This document shows, in pieces, positions 1-9,300 of a stretch of 64,000 nucleotides of DNA (position 1 is the stretch's first letter; every line of letters begins with the position of its first letter). The stretch is from Squalus acanthias. Taxonomy: Eukaryota. The stretch spans positions 137,890,001 through 137,954,000 of the forward strand of contig CM059431.1 in assembly GCA_030390025.1 (NCBI GenBank). The letters run 5' to 3'. The position numbers were made by a program, and so were the translations under genes. Under the pieces are notes generated by a model, which did no database searches, had not been told where the DNA came from, and saw only the letters and a list, made by a program, of their open reading frames with translations.

Positions 1-146
1 AGTTCCAGGACCCAGCGGGCTGCAGCAACGCCATTGGGGGGGGGGAGGGAAGAACGGGGGAGCAGGGGGGAAGGGGCTGATGATGGTGAAGTTCCAGGAC
101 CCAGCGGGCTGCAGCAACGCCATGGGGGGGGGAGGGAAGAACGGGA
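1..146 (+). repeat. Direct repeat of ~58 bp (copies starting at 1 and 90, period 89 bp) in the partner ORF
   Basis: AGTTCCAGGACCCAGCGGGCTGCAGCAACGCCAT(T)G9-10AGGGAAGAACGGG occurs at 1 and at 90. Confidence 0.9.
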
Positions 147-891
147 GCCTTCTCCCCAGAGGGAGAGTATGCCAGACACTCCTAATGCAATGGACGCAGA
201 GGAGGAGCGGCTGATTGCAGAAATGAACAGCCAGGCGGTGGTCATGCACACTGAGCTCATGGGTGCAGTGGGAAGGGTGCCCGAATGCATTGAGGCACTG
301 GCAAGGAGTGTGGAGCACTTCGCTGTAGCACAGGCGGATGCCACACTAAAGCTTACTGCTGCAATTCAGTCACTGGCTGCCAGGAACCCATCTGAGCCTG
401 CTCTCATGCAGACTCAGATTGAGGCCACGCGAGCACTGACTGCTGCCATCCTCGATGGTTCGTGCACATGTCCCCGGGGCTGTCACCGCGCCGCAGCAGG
501 CCAGCAATCTGTTCTCCGGCAAATTGCTCCGGATGCTGAAGTGCTGCCCCGTGGGAGTGCCAGTGTGTCGGGCGAGCAGAGAGTTGCTGTCCTCTCTCAC
601 GATGACAGCATTCCTGCTGCCAACACTGTCAGTTCTCCACTGCACTTGCCACCGCCTGTAGGACAGACTGCTGCCGCCCATGCAGAGTTGGTGCAGTCTG
701 CAGCCGGGCCCTCCAGGCCCAGAAGTGGTCGAGGCCGTCCTTCAGGGGCATCTGCAGTGTCAGGGTCTGACAAGCAGCAGCCTTCCACCAGCCTTGCTGC
801 AGCCACTGAGGTCCCATTACGGAGGAGCAGTAGGGTTAGAAGGGGGGAAGTGCGCAAGGGAAGGAGATCACCCTCGAAGGGCAAAAAGTAG
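34..891 (+). CDS. C-terminal part of the Harbinger second protein (probable Myb/SANT-like DNA-binding partner); 5' end outside window
   Basis: Long open frame convergent with the transposase. It has an acidic low-complexity segment, an amphipathic helical segment (EEERLIAEM...IEALARSVEHF), an RGRP motif and a basic NLS-like tail (RRSSRVRRGEVRKGRRSPSKGKK). The Myb domain itself is not visible, and the TTG start at 34 is not a real start. Confidence 0.65.
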   Translation: MGGGREERGSRGEGADDGEVPGPSGLQQRHGGGREEREPSPQRESMPDTPNAMDAEEERLIAEMNSQAVVMHTELMGAVGRVPECIEALARSVEHFAVAQADATLKLTAAIQSLAARNPSEPALMQTQIEATRALTAAILDGSCTCPRGCHRAAAGQQSVLRQIAPDAEVLPRGSASVSGEQRVAVLSHDDSIPAANTVSSPLHLPPPVGQTAAAHAELVQSAAGPSRPRSGRGRPSGASAVSGSDKQQPSTSLAAATEVPLRRSSRVRRGEVRKGRRSPSKGKK

Positions 892-918
892 GAGGTGTGC
901 CAAAATGCTGGTCATTTT

Positions 919-1074
919 TTTATTAAAGGCCGAGGTTCATGGCCCAACTTTTGTTTAGTGTTTTGGACATTATCTCCAGGTTGTGAGAACCAGTTATGTT
1001 ATTGACTGTTTTTTTGTGTTTATTTCTATGAGTTTGTCATGAGGAATTGACACACACAGAGTTTGTACAATAAA
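919..1074. terminator. Opposed polyadenylation signals of the two Harbinger genes
   Basis: AATAAA on + at 1069-1074; TTTATT (AATAAA on -) at 1019-1024 and 919-924. Confidence 0.5.
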
Positions 1075-1185
1075 TAAGTTTCTGTATTCAAAATATACAT
1101 GGCTGGTGGTTGGAATTATTGGTGCCTTGGCCGGCTTAGGGGTTGCGTGCTGGGTTGATTCGTGTTTGTAGCACTGGCAGGGGCC

Positions 1186-2346
1186 CTAGAAGCGGCTTGC
1201 TATTAGTCGTTGACGGACGGCCCTTGCAGTTTGACCATTGTGGGCCGCCCTCCTGCCTTGGTGCTGCTGCTGATCATCGTCCTCGGCCTGTTCCTCCTCT
1301 TCCTCCTCCTCCTCTTGTGGTGCTGCAAGGCCTGGTGGCATTGGCTGCGTCCTGAGGATTGCCATGTTGTGCAACATGCAGCACACCACTACGAATTTGG
1401 AAACTTGCTCAGGCGAGTACTGCAGGGCTCCTCCGGAATGGTCCAGACAGCGGAATCGTTGTTTGAGCACGCCGATTGTGCGCTCAATAATGTTCCTGGT
1501 TGCTTGTTGGCTTTCCTGGTACCGCAGCTCAGCAGGGGTGTTTGGCGCACGGAGCGGTGTCATCAGCCAGGTGCTCAATGCGTACCCCTTGTCCCCCAGA
1601 AGCCAACCAACTGGCTGATGCGGTGCCTCGAAAATTTCTGCCACAGTACTCTGGCGCAGGATGAAAGCATCGTGGCAGCTGCCCGGATAGTGGGCATTGA
1701 CAGCGAGAATCACCTGTCTGTGGTCACAGACCAACTGCACATTCAAGGAATGGAACCCCTTTCTGTTCCGGAACTCCTCTGCATTCTCTCGCGGAGCACG
1801 CAAAGCCACATGCGTGCAGTCAATGGCGCCCTGCACCATGGGGAAGCCCGCTACCCTCGCAAAGCCCATAGCACGGTCATGCTGCTTGTCTGGGGTCATA
1901 GGGAAGGAGATGAAGTCTCGTCTCCTTGTGAAGAGGGCATTGGTGACCTGCCGGATGCAGCGATGCACCGCAAACTGGGAGATATTGGCGAGGTCCCCAA
2001 CAGCAGCTTGGAATGAGCCAGTGGCGTAGAAGTTCAAAGCCACTGTGACCTTCACTGCCACCGACAGAGACGTCCTGGACCTCAGCTGAGGCTGCAGATC
2101 TGGCTGCAGCAGGTGGCAGAGCTCAGTGACCACCTCCTTGCTGAATCGCAGCCTTCGCAAACACAGCTCCTCGGACATGTGGATGTAGGAGAGCTGTTCA
2201 CGATATACCCTGGGAGGGTAAGCTCTCCTGTACATGCGCCTGATGGGCCTCCTCCGTCTGGCCATCATTGCCACTCTCTGTCTGCGTCTCACTCTCCTCC
2301 GATTGAGCTGGAGCAGGACGACGCCCCCAATCATTGCAGCCCCCAT
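1186..2346 (-). CDS. PIF/Harbinger DDE transposase (HARBI1-like, DDE_Tnp_4 type), 386 aa, intact
   Basis: Motifs RLRFSKE, ALNFYATGS (HTH region), GAIDCTHV, NRKGFHSLNVQLVCD, PGSCHDAFIL, LLGDKGY, IERTIGVLKQRFRCL, CCMLHN. No stops or frameshifts; poly-Glu near the C-terminus. Confidence 0.95.
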   Translation of the reverse strand: MGAAMIGGVVLLQLNRRRVRRRQRVAMMARRRRPIRRMYRRAYPPRVYREQLSYIHMSEELCLRRLRFSKEVVTELCHLLQPDLQPQLRSRTSLSVAVKVTVALNFYATGSFQAAVGDLANISQFAVHRCIRQVTNALFTRRRDFISFPMTPDKQHDRAMGFARVAGFPMVQGAIDCTHVALRAPRENAEEFRNRKGFHSLNVQLVCDHRQVILAVNAHYPGSCHDAFILRQSTVAEIFEAPHQPVGWLLGDKGYALSTWLMTPLRAPNTPAELRYQESQQATRNIIERTIGVLKQRFRCLDHSGGALQYSPEQVSKFVVVCCMLHNMAILRTQPMPPGLAAPQEEEEEEEEQAEDDDQQQHQGRRAAHNGQTARAVRQRLIASRF

Positions 2347-2450
2347 ATTCTCTTTGCCAGAAAAGTAATGAGGTACAGCAACGAAAGTAGCAGCAAAGTT
2401 AGGATGAACTAGGCAAAACTACCTCACAAAGCGTTGAGTCAATGTAGAAG

Positions 2451-2488
2451 TCTCTCTCTCTCTCTCTCCGAATCTCTCTCTCTCTCTC
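2451..2488. repeat. Interrupted (CT)n microsatellite upstream of the transposase
   Basis: Two TC dinucleotide runs separated by CGAA. Confidence 0.9.
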
Positions 2489-2540
2489 AGAACGAGTGGT
2501 GCATAAATGTCGACCACAGAAAAAGACAGGAAGAGGCCCC

Positions 2541-2690
2541 CTTTAAATAGCGCCCCCCCCAGCCCCAGCACCGATTGATAACGTTCCAGTCTTCCGGTCG
2601 TTGGAAGCGCCAGGCGGTAAGGCAGGGGGCGCCACTCAATTTCCGCTCCGGGGCGCCCCAAGGGCGTTGCACCACGGAATGACGTCACAA
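2541..2690 (-). promoter_or_regulatory. Putative transposase promoter
   Basis: TATTTAAAG on the minus strand at 2541-2549 flanked by G-runs; palindromic CRE TGACGTCA at 2680-2687; CpG-rich context. Confidence 0.5.
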
Positions 2691-2719
2691 TCTGCGCGCG
2701 CAGGTGGTCGCAGCGGTAA

Positions 2720-2862
2720 GTTTTAGCGCCGCCGCACAATCTCAAGTTAAGTTCTCGAGCGGCGCAAACAGCGCTGCGCCCGGGCGTTAGCGCCTTAACG
2801 CCCCATTAGCGCCCATTTAAGGCGCTAACGGGAGGCGCAACCAACTGAATTTTTACCCCTTA
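2720..2862. repeat. Harbinger subterminal repeats, TIR and TTA target site
   Basis: Repeated TTAGCGCC/GGCGCTAA motifs; perfect 14-bp inverted repeat at 2785-2798 and 2817-2830; terminal ...TTTTACCCC followed by TTA. Confidence 0.75.
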
Positions 2863-2879
2863 GTCTTAATATTCCTTCT

Positions 2880-3105
2880 CTAAACGTGTTTCAATCGGTG
2901 TTACTGGTACCGACCGTGGCTATTTTCTGCTCTCCTTTCCTTCCCATAGATGGTGCCACCTGTTCCTGGATGTTCTTCTCTCTGGCACCAGGGAGGCATC
3001 TTACCATTCAGGACCTGCTCAGGGCTGCAGACAAGTCTGTCCATTATGCTGACTATAATATCTCCCACCACTATCGTTCTGCTCTTCCTCTGCCCCACCT
3101 GCCTC
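2880..3105 (-). pseudogene. Degraded CR1 LINE ORF1 (SGNH esterase-like) fragment
   Basis: TIVVGDIIV..MDRLVC, then after a frameshift CLPGAREKNI...GEQKIATVGTSN. These match CR1 ORF1 motifs VVGDSIVR/CCLPGA/VHVGTND and the ORF1 at ~60.4 kb in this window. Confidence 0.75.
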
Positions 3106-3305
3106 NNNNNNNNNNNNNNNNNNNNNNNNNNNNNNNNNNNNNNNNNNNNNNNNNNNNNNNNNNNNNNNNNNNNNNNNNNNNNNNNNNNNNNNNNNNNNNN
3201 NNNNNNNNNNNNNNNNNNNNNNNNNNNNNNNNNNNNNNNNNNNNNNNNNNNNNNNNNNNNNNNNNNNNNNNNNNNNNNNNNNNNNNNNNNNNNNNNNNNN
3301 NNNNN
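3106..3305. other. Assembly gap (200 N)
   Basis: Exactly 200 Ns, a round placeholder length, so the true size is unknown. Confidence 0.98.
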
Positions 3306-6300
3306 CAGCTTTGGACCTTCACTGTTTCTACCTTTGGACCTCCATTGCTTCTAGCTTTGGACCTCTACTGTTTCAAGCTTTGGACCAACACTGTTTCTAG
3401 CTTTGGACCACCACTGTTTCTAGCTTTGGACCTGCACTGTTTCTAGATATGCAACTTCACTATTTCTGGCTTTGGATCTCCACTCTTTCTAGCTTTGGAC
3501 CTCCAATGTTTTTAGCTTTGTACCTTCACTGTTTCTAGCTTTGGCCCTTCACTCTCTCTAGCTGTGGACCTCTACTGTTTCTAGCTTTGGACCGTCACTG
3601 TTTCTAGCTTAGTATCTCCAAGCTTTCTAGCTGTGGACCTCCACTGTTTCAAGCTTTGGAGCTCCACTCTTGCTGGATTTGGAGCTCCACTCTTTCTAGC
3701 TTTGGACTTTCTCTGTCTCTAGCTTTGGACCTCCTCTGTTTCTAAATTTCGACCTTCACTGTTTCTGGCTTTGGACCTTCACTGTTTCTAGCTTTGGACA
3801 AACACTGTTTCTAGCTTTCGACCTTCACTGTTTCTAGCTTTGAACATTCACTGTTTACAGCTTTGGACATCCACTGTTTTTCGCGTTGGACCTCCACTTT
3901 TTCTAGCTTTGGACCAACACTGTTTCTAGCTTTGGACCTTCACTGTTTCTAACTTTGGACCTTCACTGTTTCTAGCTTTGGACCTCCACTGCTTCTAGCT
4001 TTGGACCTTCACTGTTTCTTGCTTTGGATCTCCACTGTTTCTAGCTTTGGACCTCCACTGTTTCTAGATTTGGACCTTCGCTGTTTCTAGCTTTGGATCT
4101 CCACTGTTTCTAGTTTTGGACCTTCATTGTTTCTAGCTTTGGACCTCCACTGTTTCTAGCTTTGGACCTCCACTCTTTCTGGTTTTGGACCTCCACAGTT
4201 TCCAACTTTGCACGTTCACTGTTTCTATCTTTGGACCTCCATTGTTTCTAGCTTTGGACCTCCACTGTTTCCAGATTTGGAACTTCACTATTTCTGGCTT
4301 TGGATCTCCACTATTTTTAGCTTTGGACGTCCATTGTTTCTAGCTTTGTGCATTCACGTTTTCTAGCTTTGGCCCTTCACTCTCTCCAGCTGTGGACGTC
4401 CACGGTTTCAAGCTTTGGACCTCCACTGTTTCTAGATATGCAACTTCACTATTTCTGGCTTTGGATCTCCACTCTTTCTAGCTTTGGACCTCCAATGTTT
4501 TTAGATTTGTACCTTCACTGTTTCTAGCTTTGGCCCTTCACTCTCTCTCGCTTTGGACCTCTGCTGTTTCTAGCTTTGGACCGTCACTGTCTCTAGCTTC
4601 GTATCTCCACGCTTTCTAGCTGTGGACCTCCACTGTTTCAAGCTTTGGAGCTCCACTCTTGCTGGATTTGGAGCTCCACTCTTTCTAGCTTTGGACTTTC
4701 TCTGTCTCTAGCTTTGGACCTTCACTGTTTCTAGCTTAGGACCAACACTGTTTCTAGCTTTCGACCTTCACTGTTTCAAGCTTTGAACATTCACTGTTTC
4801 TAGCTTTGGACCTCCACTGCTTCTAGCTTTGGACCTCCACTGTTTCTAGCTTTGGACCTTCACTGTTTCTAGCTTTGGAACTTCACTGTTTCCAGCTTTG
4901 GACCTCCACTGTTTCTAGCTTTGGACCTTCATTGTTTCTAGCTTTGGACCTCCACTGTTTCTAGCTTTGGATCTCCACTGTTTCTAGCTTTGGAACTTCG
5001 CTGTTTCTAGCTTTGGATCTCCACTGTTTCTAGCTTTGGACCTTCATTGTTTCTAGCTTTGGACCTCCACTGTTTCTAGCTTTGGACCTTCACTCTTTCT
5101 AGTTTTGGACCTCCACAGTTTCCAACTTTGGACCTTCACTGTTTCTAGCTTTGGACCAATACTGTTTCTAGCTTTGGACCTCCACTGTTTCTAGCTTTGG
5201 ACCAATACTGTTTCTAGCTTTGGACCTCCGCTATTTCTAGCTTTGGACCTTCTTTGTTTCTAGCTTTGGACCTCCAATGTTTCTAGCTTTGGACCAACAC
5301 TGTTTCTAGATTTGCACCAACACTCTTTCTAGCTTTGCACCAACATTGTTTCTAGCTTTGGACCTCCACTGTTTCCAGCTTTGGACCTCCACTGTTTCTA
5401 GCTTTGGAGCAACACTATTTCTAGCTTTGGACCTTCACTGTTTCTGGCTTTGGACCTTCACTGTTTCTTACATTCGACCTTCACTGTTTCCAGCTTTGGA
5501 TCTCCACTGTTTCCAGCTTTGGACCTTCACTGATTCTTGCTTTGGACCTCCATCATTTCTAGCTTTGAACATTCACTGTTTCCAGCTTTGGACCTTCACT
5601 GTTTCTAGCTTTGGACCTCCATTGCTTCTAGCTTTGGACCTCTACTGTTTCAAGCTTTGGACCAACACTGTTTCTAGCTTTGGACCTTCACTGTTTCTAG
5701 CTTTGGACCAACACTGTTTCTAGCTTTTGAAATTCACTGTTTCTAACTTTGGACCATCACTGTTTCCAGCTTTGGACCTCCACTGTTTCTAGCTTTGGAC
5801 GTCCACTGTTTCTAGTTTTGGACCTCCACTGTTTCTAGATTTGGAACTTCACTATTTCTGGCTTTGTATCTCCACTCTTTCTAGATTTGGACGTCCACTG
5901 TTTCTAGCTTTGTACCTTCTCTTTTTCTAGCTTTGGCCCTTCACTCTCTCTAGCTGTGGACCTCCACTGTTTCAAGCTTTGGACCTCCACTGTATCTAGC
6001 TTTGGACCTCCACTGTTTCTAGCTTTGGGCCTTCACTGTTTCTCGATATGGAACTTTACTATTTCTGGTTTGTATCTCTACTCTTTCTAAGTTTGGACCT
6101 CCACTTTTTCTCGCTTTGGACCTCCACTGTTTCTAGCTTTGGACCAACACTGTTTCTAGCTTTGGACCTTCACTGTTTCTAGCTTTGGACCAACACTGTT
6201 TCTAGCTTTGGAACTTCACTGTTTCTAACTTTGGACCTTCACTGTTTCCAGCTTTGGACCTCCACTGTTTCTAGCTTTGGACCTCCATTGTTTCTAGCTT

Positions 6301-9300
6301 TGGACCTCCACTGTTTCCAGATTTGGAACTTCACTATTTCTGGCTTTGGATCGCCACTCTTTCTAGCTTTGGACGTCCACTGTTTCTAGCTTTGTACCTT
6401 CACTTTTTCTAGCTTAGGCCCTTCACTCTCTCTAGCTGTGGACCTCTACTGTTTCAAGCTTTGGACCTTCACTGTTTCTGGCTTTGGACCTTCACTGTTT
6501 CTTACATTCGACCTTCACTGTTTCCAGCTTTGGATCTCCACTGTTTCCAGCTTTGGACCTTCACTGTTTCTAGCTTTGTACCTCCATCATTTCTAGCTTT
6601 GAACATTCACTGTTTCCAGCTTTGGACGCTCACTGTTTCTAGCTTTGGACCTCCATTGCTTCTAGCTTTGGACCTCTACTGTTTCAAGCTTTGGACCAAC
6701 ACAGTTTCTAGCTTTGGACCTCCATTGTTTCTAGCTTTGGACCTCCACTGTTTCCAGATTTGGAACTTCACTATTTCTGGCTTTGGATCGCCACTCTTTC
6801 TAGCTTTGGACGTCCACTGTTTCTAGCTTTGTACCTTCACTTTTTCTAGCTTTGGCGCTTCACTCTCTCTAGCTGTGGACCTCCACTGTTTCAAGCTTTG
6901 GACCTCCACTGTTTCTAGCTTTGGACCTCCACTGTTTCCAGTTTTGGACCTTCACTGTTTCTAGATTTGGAACTTCACTATTTCTGGCTTTGTATCTCCA
7001 CTCTTTCTAGCTTTGGACGTCCACTGTTTCTAGCTTTGTACCTTCACTTTTTCTAGCTTTGGCGCTTCACTCTCTCTGGCTTTGGACCTCCACTGTTTCT
7101 AGCTTTGGACCAACACTGTTTCTAGCTTTGGACCTTCACTGTTTCTGGCTTTGGACCTTCTCTGTTTCTTACATTCGACCTTCACTATTTCCAGCTTTGG
7201 ATCTCCACTGTTTCCATCTTTGGACCTTCACTGTTTGTAGCTTTGGACCGCCATCATTTCTAGCTTTGAACATTCACTGTTTCTAGCTTTGTACCTTCAC
7301 TTTTTCTGGCTTTGGACCTTCTCTGTTTCTTACATTCGACCTTCACTGTTTCCAGCTTTGTATCTCCACTCTTTCTAGCTTTGGACGTCCACTGTTTCTA
7401 GCTTTGTACCTTCACTTTTTCTAGCTTTGGCGCTTCACTCTCTCTAGCTTTGGACCTCCACTGTTTCTAGCTTTGGACCAACACTGTTTCTAGCTTTGGA
7501 CCTTCACTGTTTCTGGCTTTGGACCTTCTCTGTTTCTTACATTCGACCTTCACTGTTTCCAGCTTTGGACGTCCACTGTTTCTAGCTTTGTACCTTCACT
7601 TTTTCTAGCTTTGGCGCTTCACTCTCTCCAGCTGTGGACCTCCACTGTTTCAAGCTTTGGACCTCCACTGTTTCTAGCTTTGGACCTCCACTGTTTCCAG
7701 TTTTGGACCTTCACTGTTTCTAGATTTGGAACTTCACTATTTCTGGCTTTGTATCTCCACTCTTTCTAGCTTTGGACGTCCACTGTTTCTAGCTTTGTAC
7801 CTTCACTTTTTCTGGCTTTGGCGCTTCACTCTCTCTAGCTTTGGACCTCCACTGTTTCTAGCTTTGGACCAACACTGTTTCTAGCTTTGGACCTTCACTG
7901 TTTCTGGCTTTGGACCTTCTCTGTTTCTTACATTCGACCTTCACTGTTTCCAGCTTTGGATCTCCACTGTTTCCATCTTTGGACCTTCACTGTTTCCAGC
8001 TTTGGACCTCCATTGCTTCTAGCTTTGGACCTCTACTTTTTCAAGCTTTGGACCAACACTGTTTCTAGCTTTGGACCTTCACTGTTTCTACCTTTGGACC
8101 AACAGTGTTTCTAGCTTTGAAACTTCACTGTTTCTAACTTTGGACCTTCACTGTTTCCAGCTTTGGACCTCCACTGTTTCTAGCTTTGGACCTCCAATTT
8201 TTCTAGCTTTGGACCTTCACTATTTCTGGCTTTGGATCTCCACTCTTTCTAGCTTTGGACGTCCACTGTTTCTAGCTTTGTACCTTCACTTTTTCTAGCT
8301 TTGGCCCTTCACTCTCTCTAGCTGTGGACCTCCACTGTTTCAAGCTTTGGACCTCCACTGTTTCTAGCTGTGGACCTCCACTGTTTCTAGCTTTGGACCT
8401 CCACTGTTTCTAGCTTTGGACCTTCACTGTTTCTAGATATGCAACTTCACTATTTCTGGCTTTGGATCTCCACTCTTTCTAGCTTTGGACCTCCAATGTT
8501 TTTAGCTTTGTACCTTCACTGTTTCTAGCTTTGGCCCTTCACTCTCTCTAGCTGTGGACCTCTACTGTTTCTAGCTTTGGACCGTCACTGTTTCTAGCTT
8601 AGTATCTCCACGCTTTCTAGCTGTGGACCTCCACTGTTTCTAGCTTTGGAGCTCCGCTCTTGCTGGATTTGGAGCTCCGCTCTTTCTAGCTTTTGACTTT
8701 CTCTGTCTCTAGCTTTGGACCTCCTCTGTTTCTAAATTTCGACCTTCACTGTTTCTGGCTTTGGACCTTCACTGTTTCTTGCTTTGGACAAACACGGTTT
8801 CTAGCTTTCGACCTTCACTGTTTCTAGCTTTGGACATCCACTGTTTTTCGCATTGGACCTCCAATTTTTCTAGCTTTGGACCAAAACTGTTTCTAGCTTT
8901 GGACCTTCACTGTTTCTAACTTTGGACCTTCACTGTTTCTAGCTTTGGACCTCCACTTTTCTAGCTTTGGACCTCCACAGTTTCTAGCTTTGGACCTCCA
9001 CTGTTTCTAGCATTGGATCTCAACTGTTTCTAGCTTTGGACCTTCACTGTTTCTAGCTTTGGAACTTCACTGTTTCTAGGTTTGGATCTCCACTGTTTCT
9101 AGCTTTGGAACTTCGCTGTTTCTAGCTTTGGATCTCCACTGTTTCTAGCTTTGGACCTTCATTGTTTCTAGCTTTGGACCTCTACAGTTTCCAACTTTGG
9201 AACTTCACTGTTTCTAGCTTTGGACCTCCACAGGTTCCAACTTTGAAACTCCGCTCTTTCTAGATTTGGACCTTCACTGTTTCTAGCTTTGGACCTCCAC

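Larger units (their letters stand above)
1..2859. mobile_element. PIF/Harbinger DNA transposon, right-hand part (other end outside window)
   Basis: Two convergent ORFs (HARBI1-type transposase plus partner). The terminus reads GGGGTAAAAATTCAGTTGG on the minus strand from 2859 and is followed by TTA (2860-2862), the canonical Harbinger TWA target site. Subterminal region is CpG-rich. Confidence 0.88.

Noticed and set aside
1186..2346. Host domesticated gene HARBI1
   Set aside because: The nearby TIR and TTA, the convergent partner ORF and the position beside a CR1 relic indicate a transposon copy, so no symbol was assigned.
1143..2412. Plus-strand ORFs (e.g. 1210-2016, 268 aa) overlapping the transposase
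   Set aside because: Antisense shadows of a GC-rich coding sequence with no recognisable motifs.
2860..3400. Harbinger inserted adjacent to, or seeding, the satellite
   Set aside because: A placeholder gap separates them, so adjacency is unproven, and no sequence similarity was seen.
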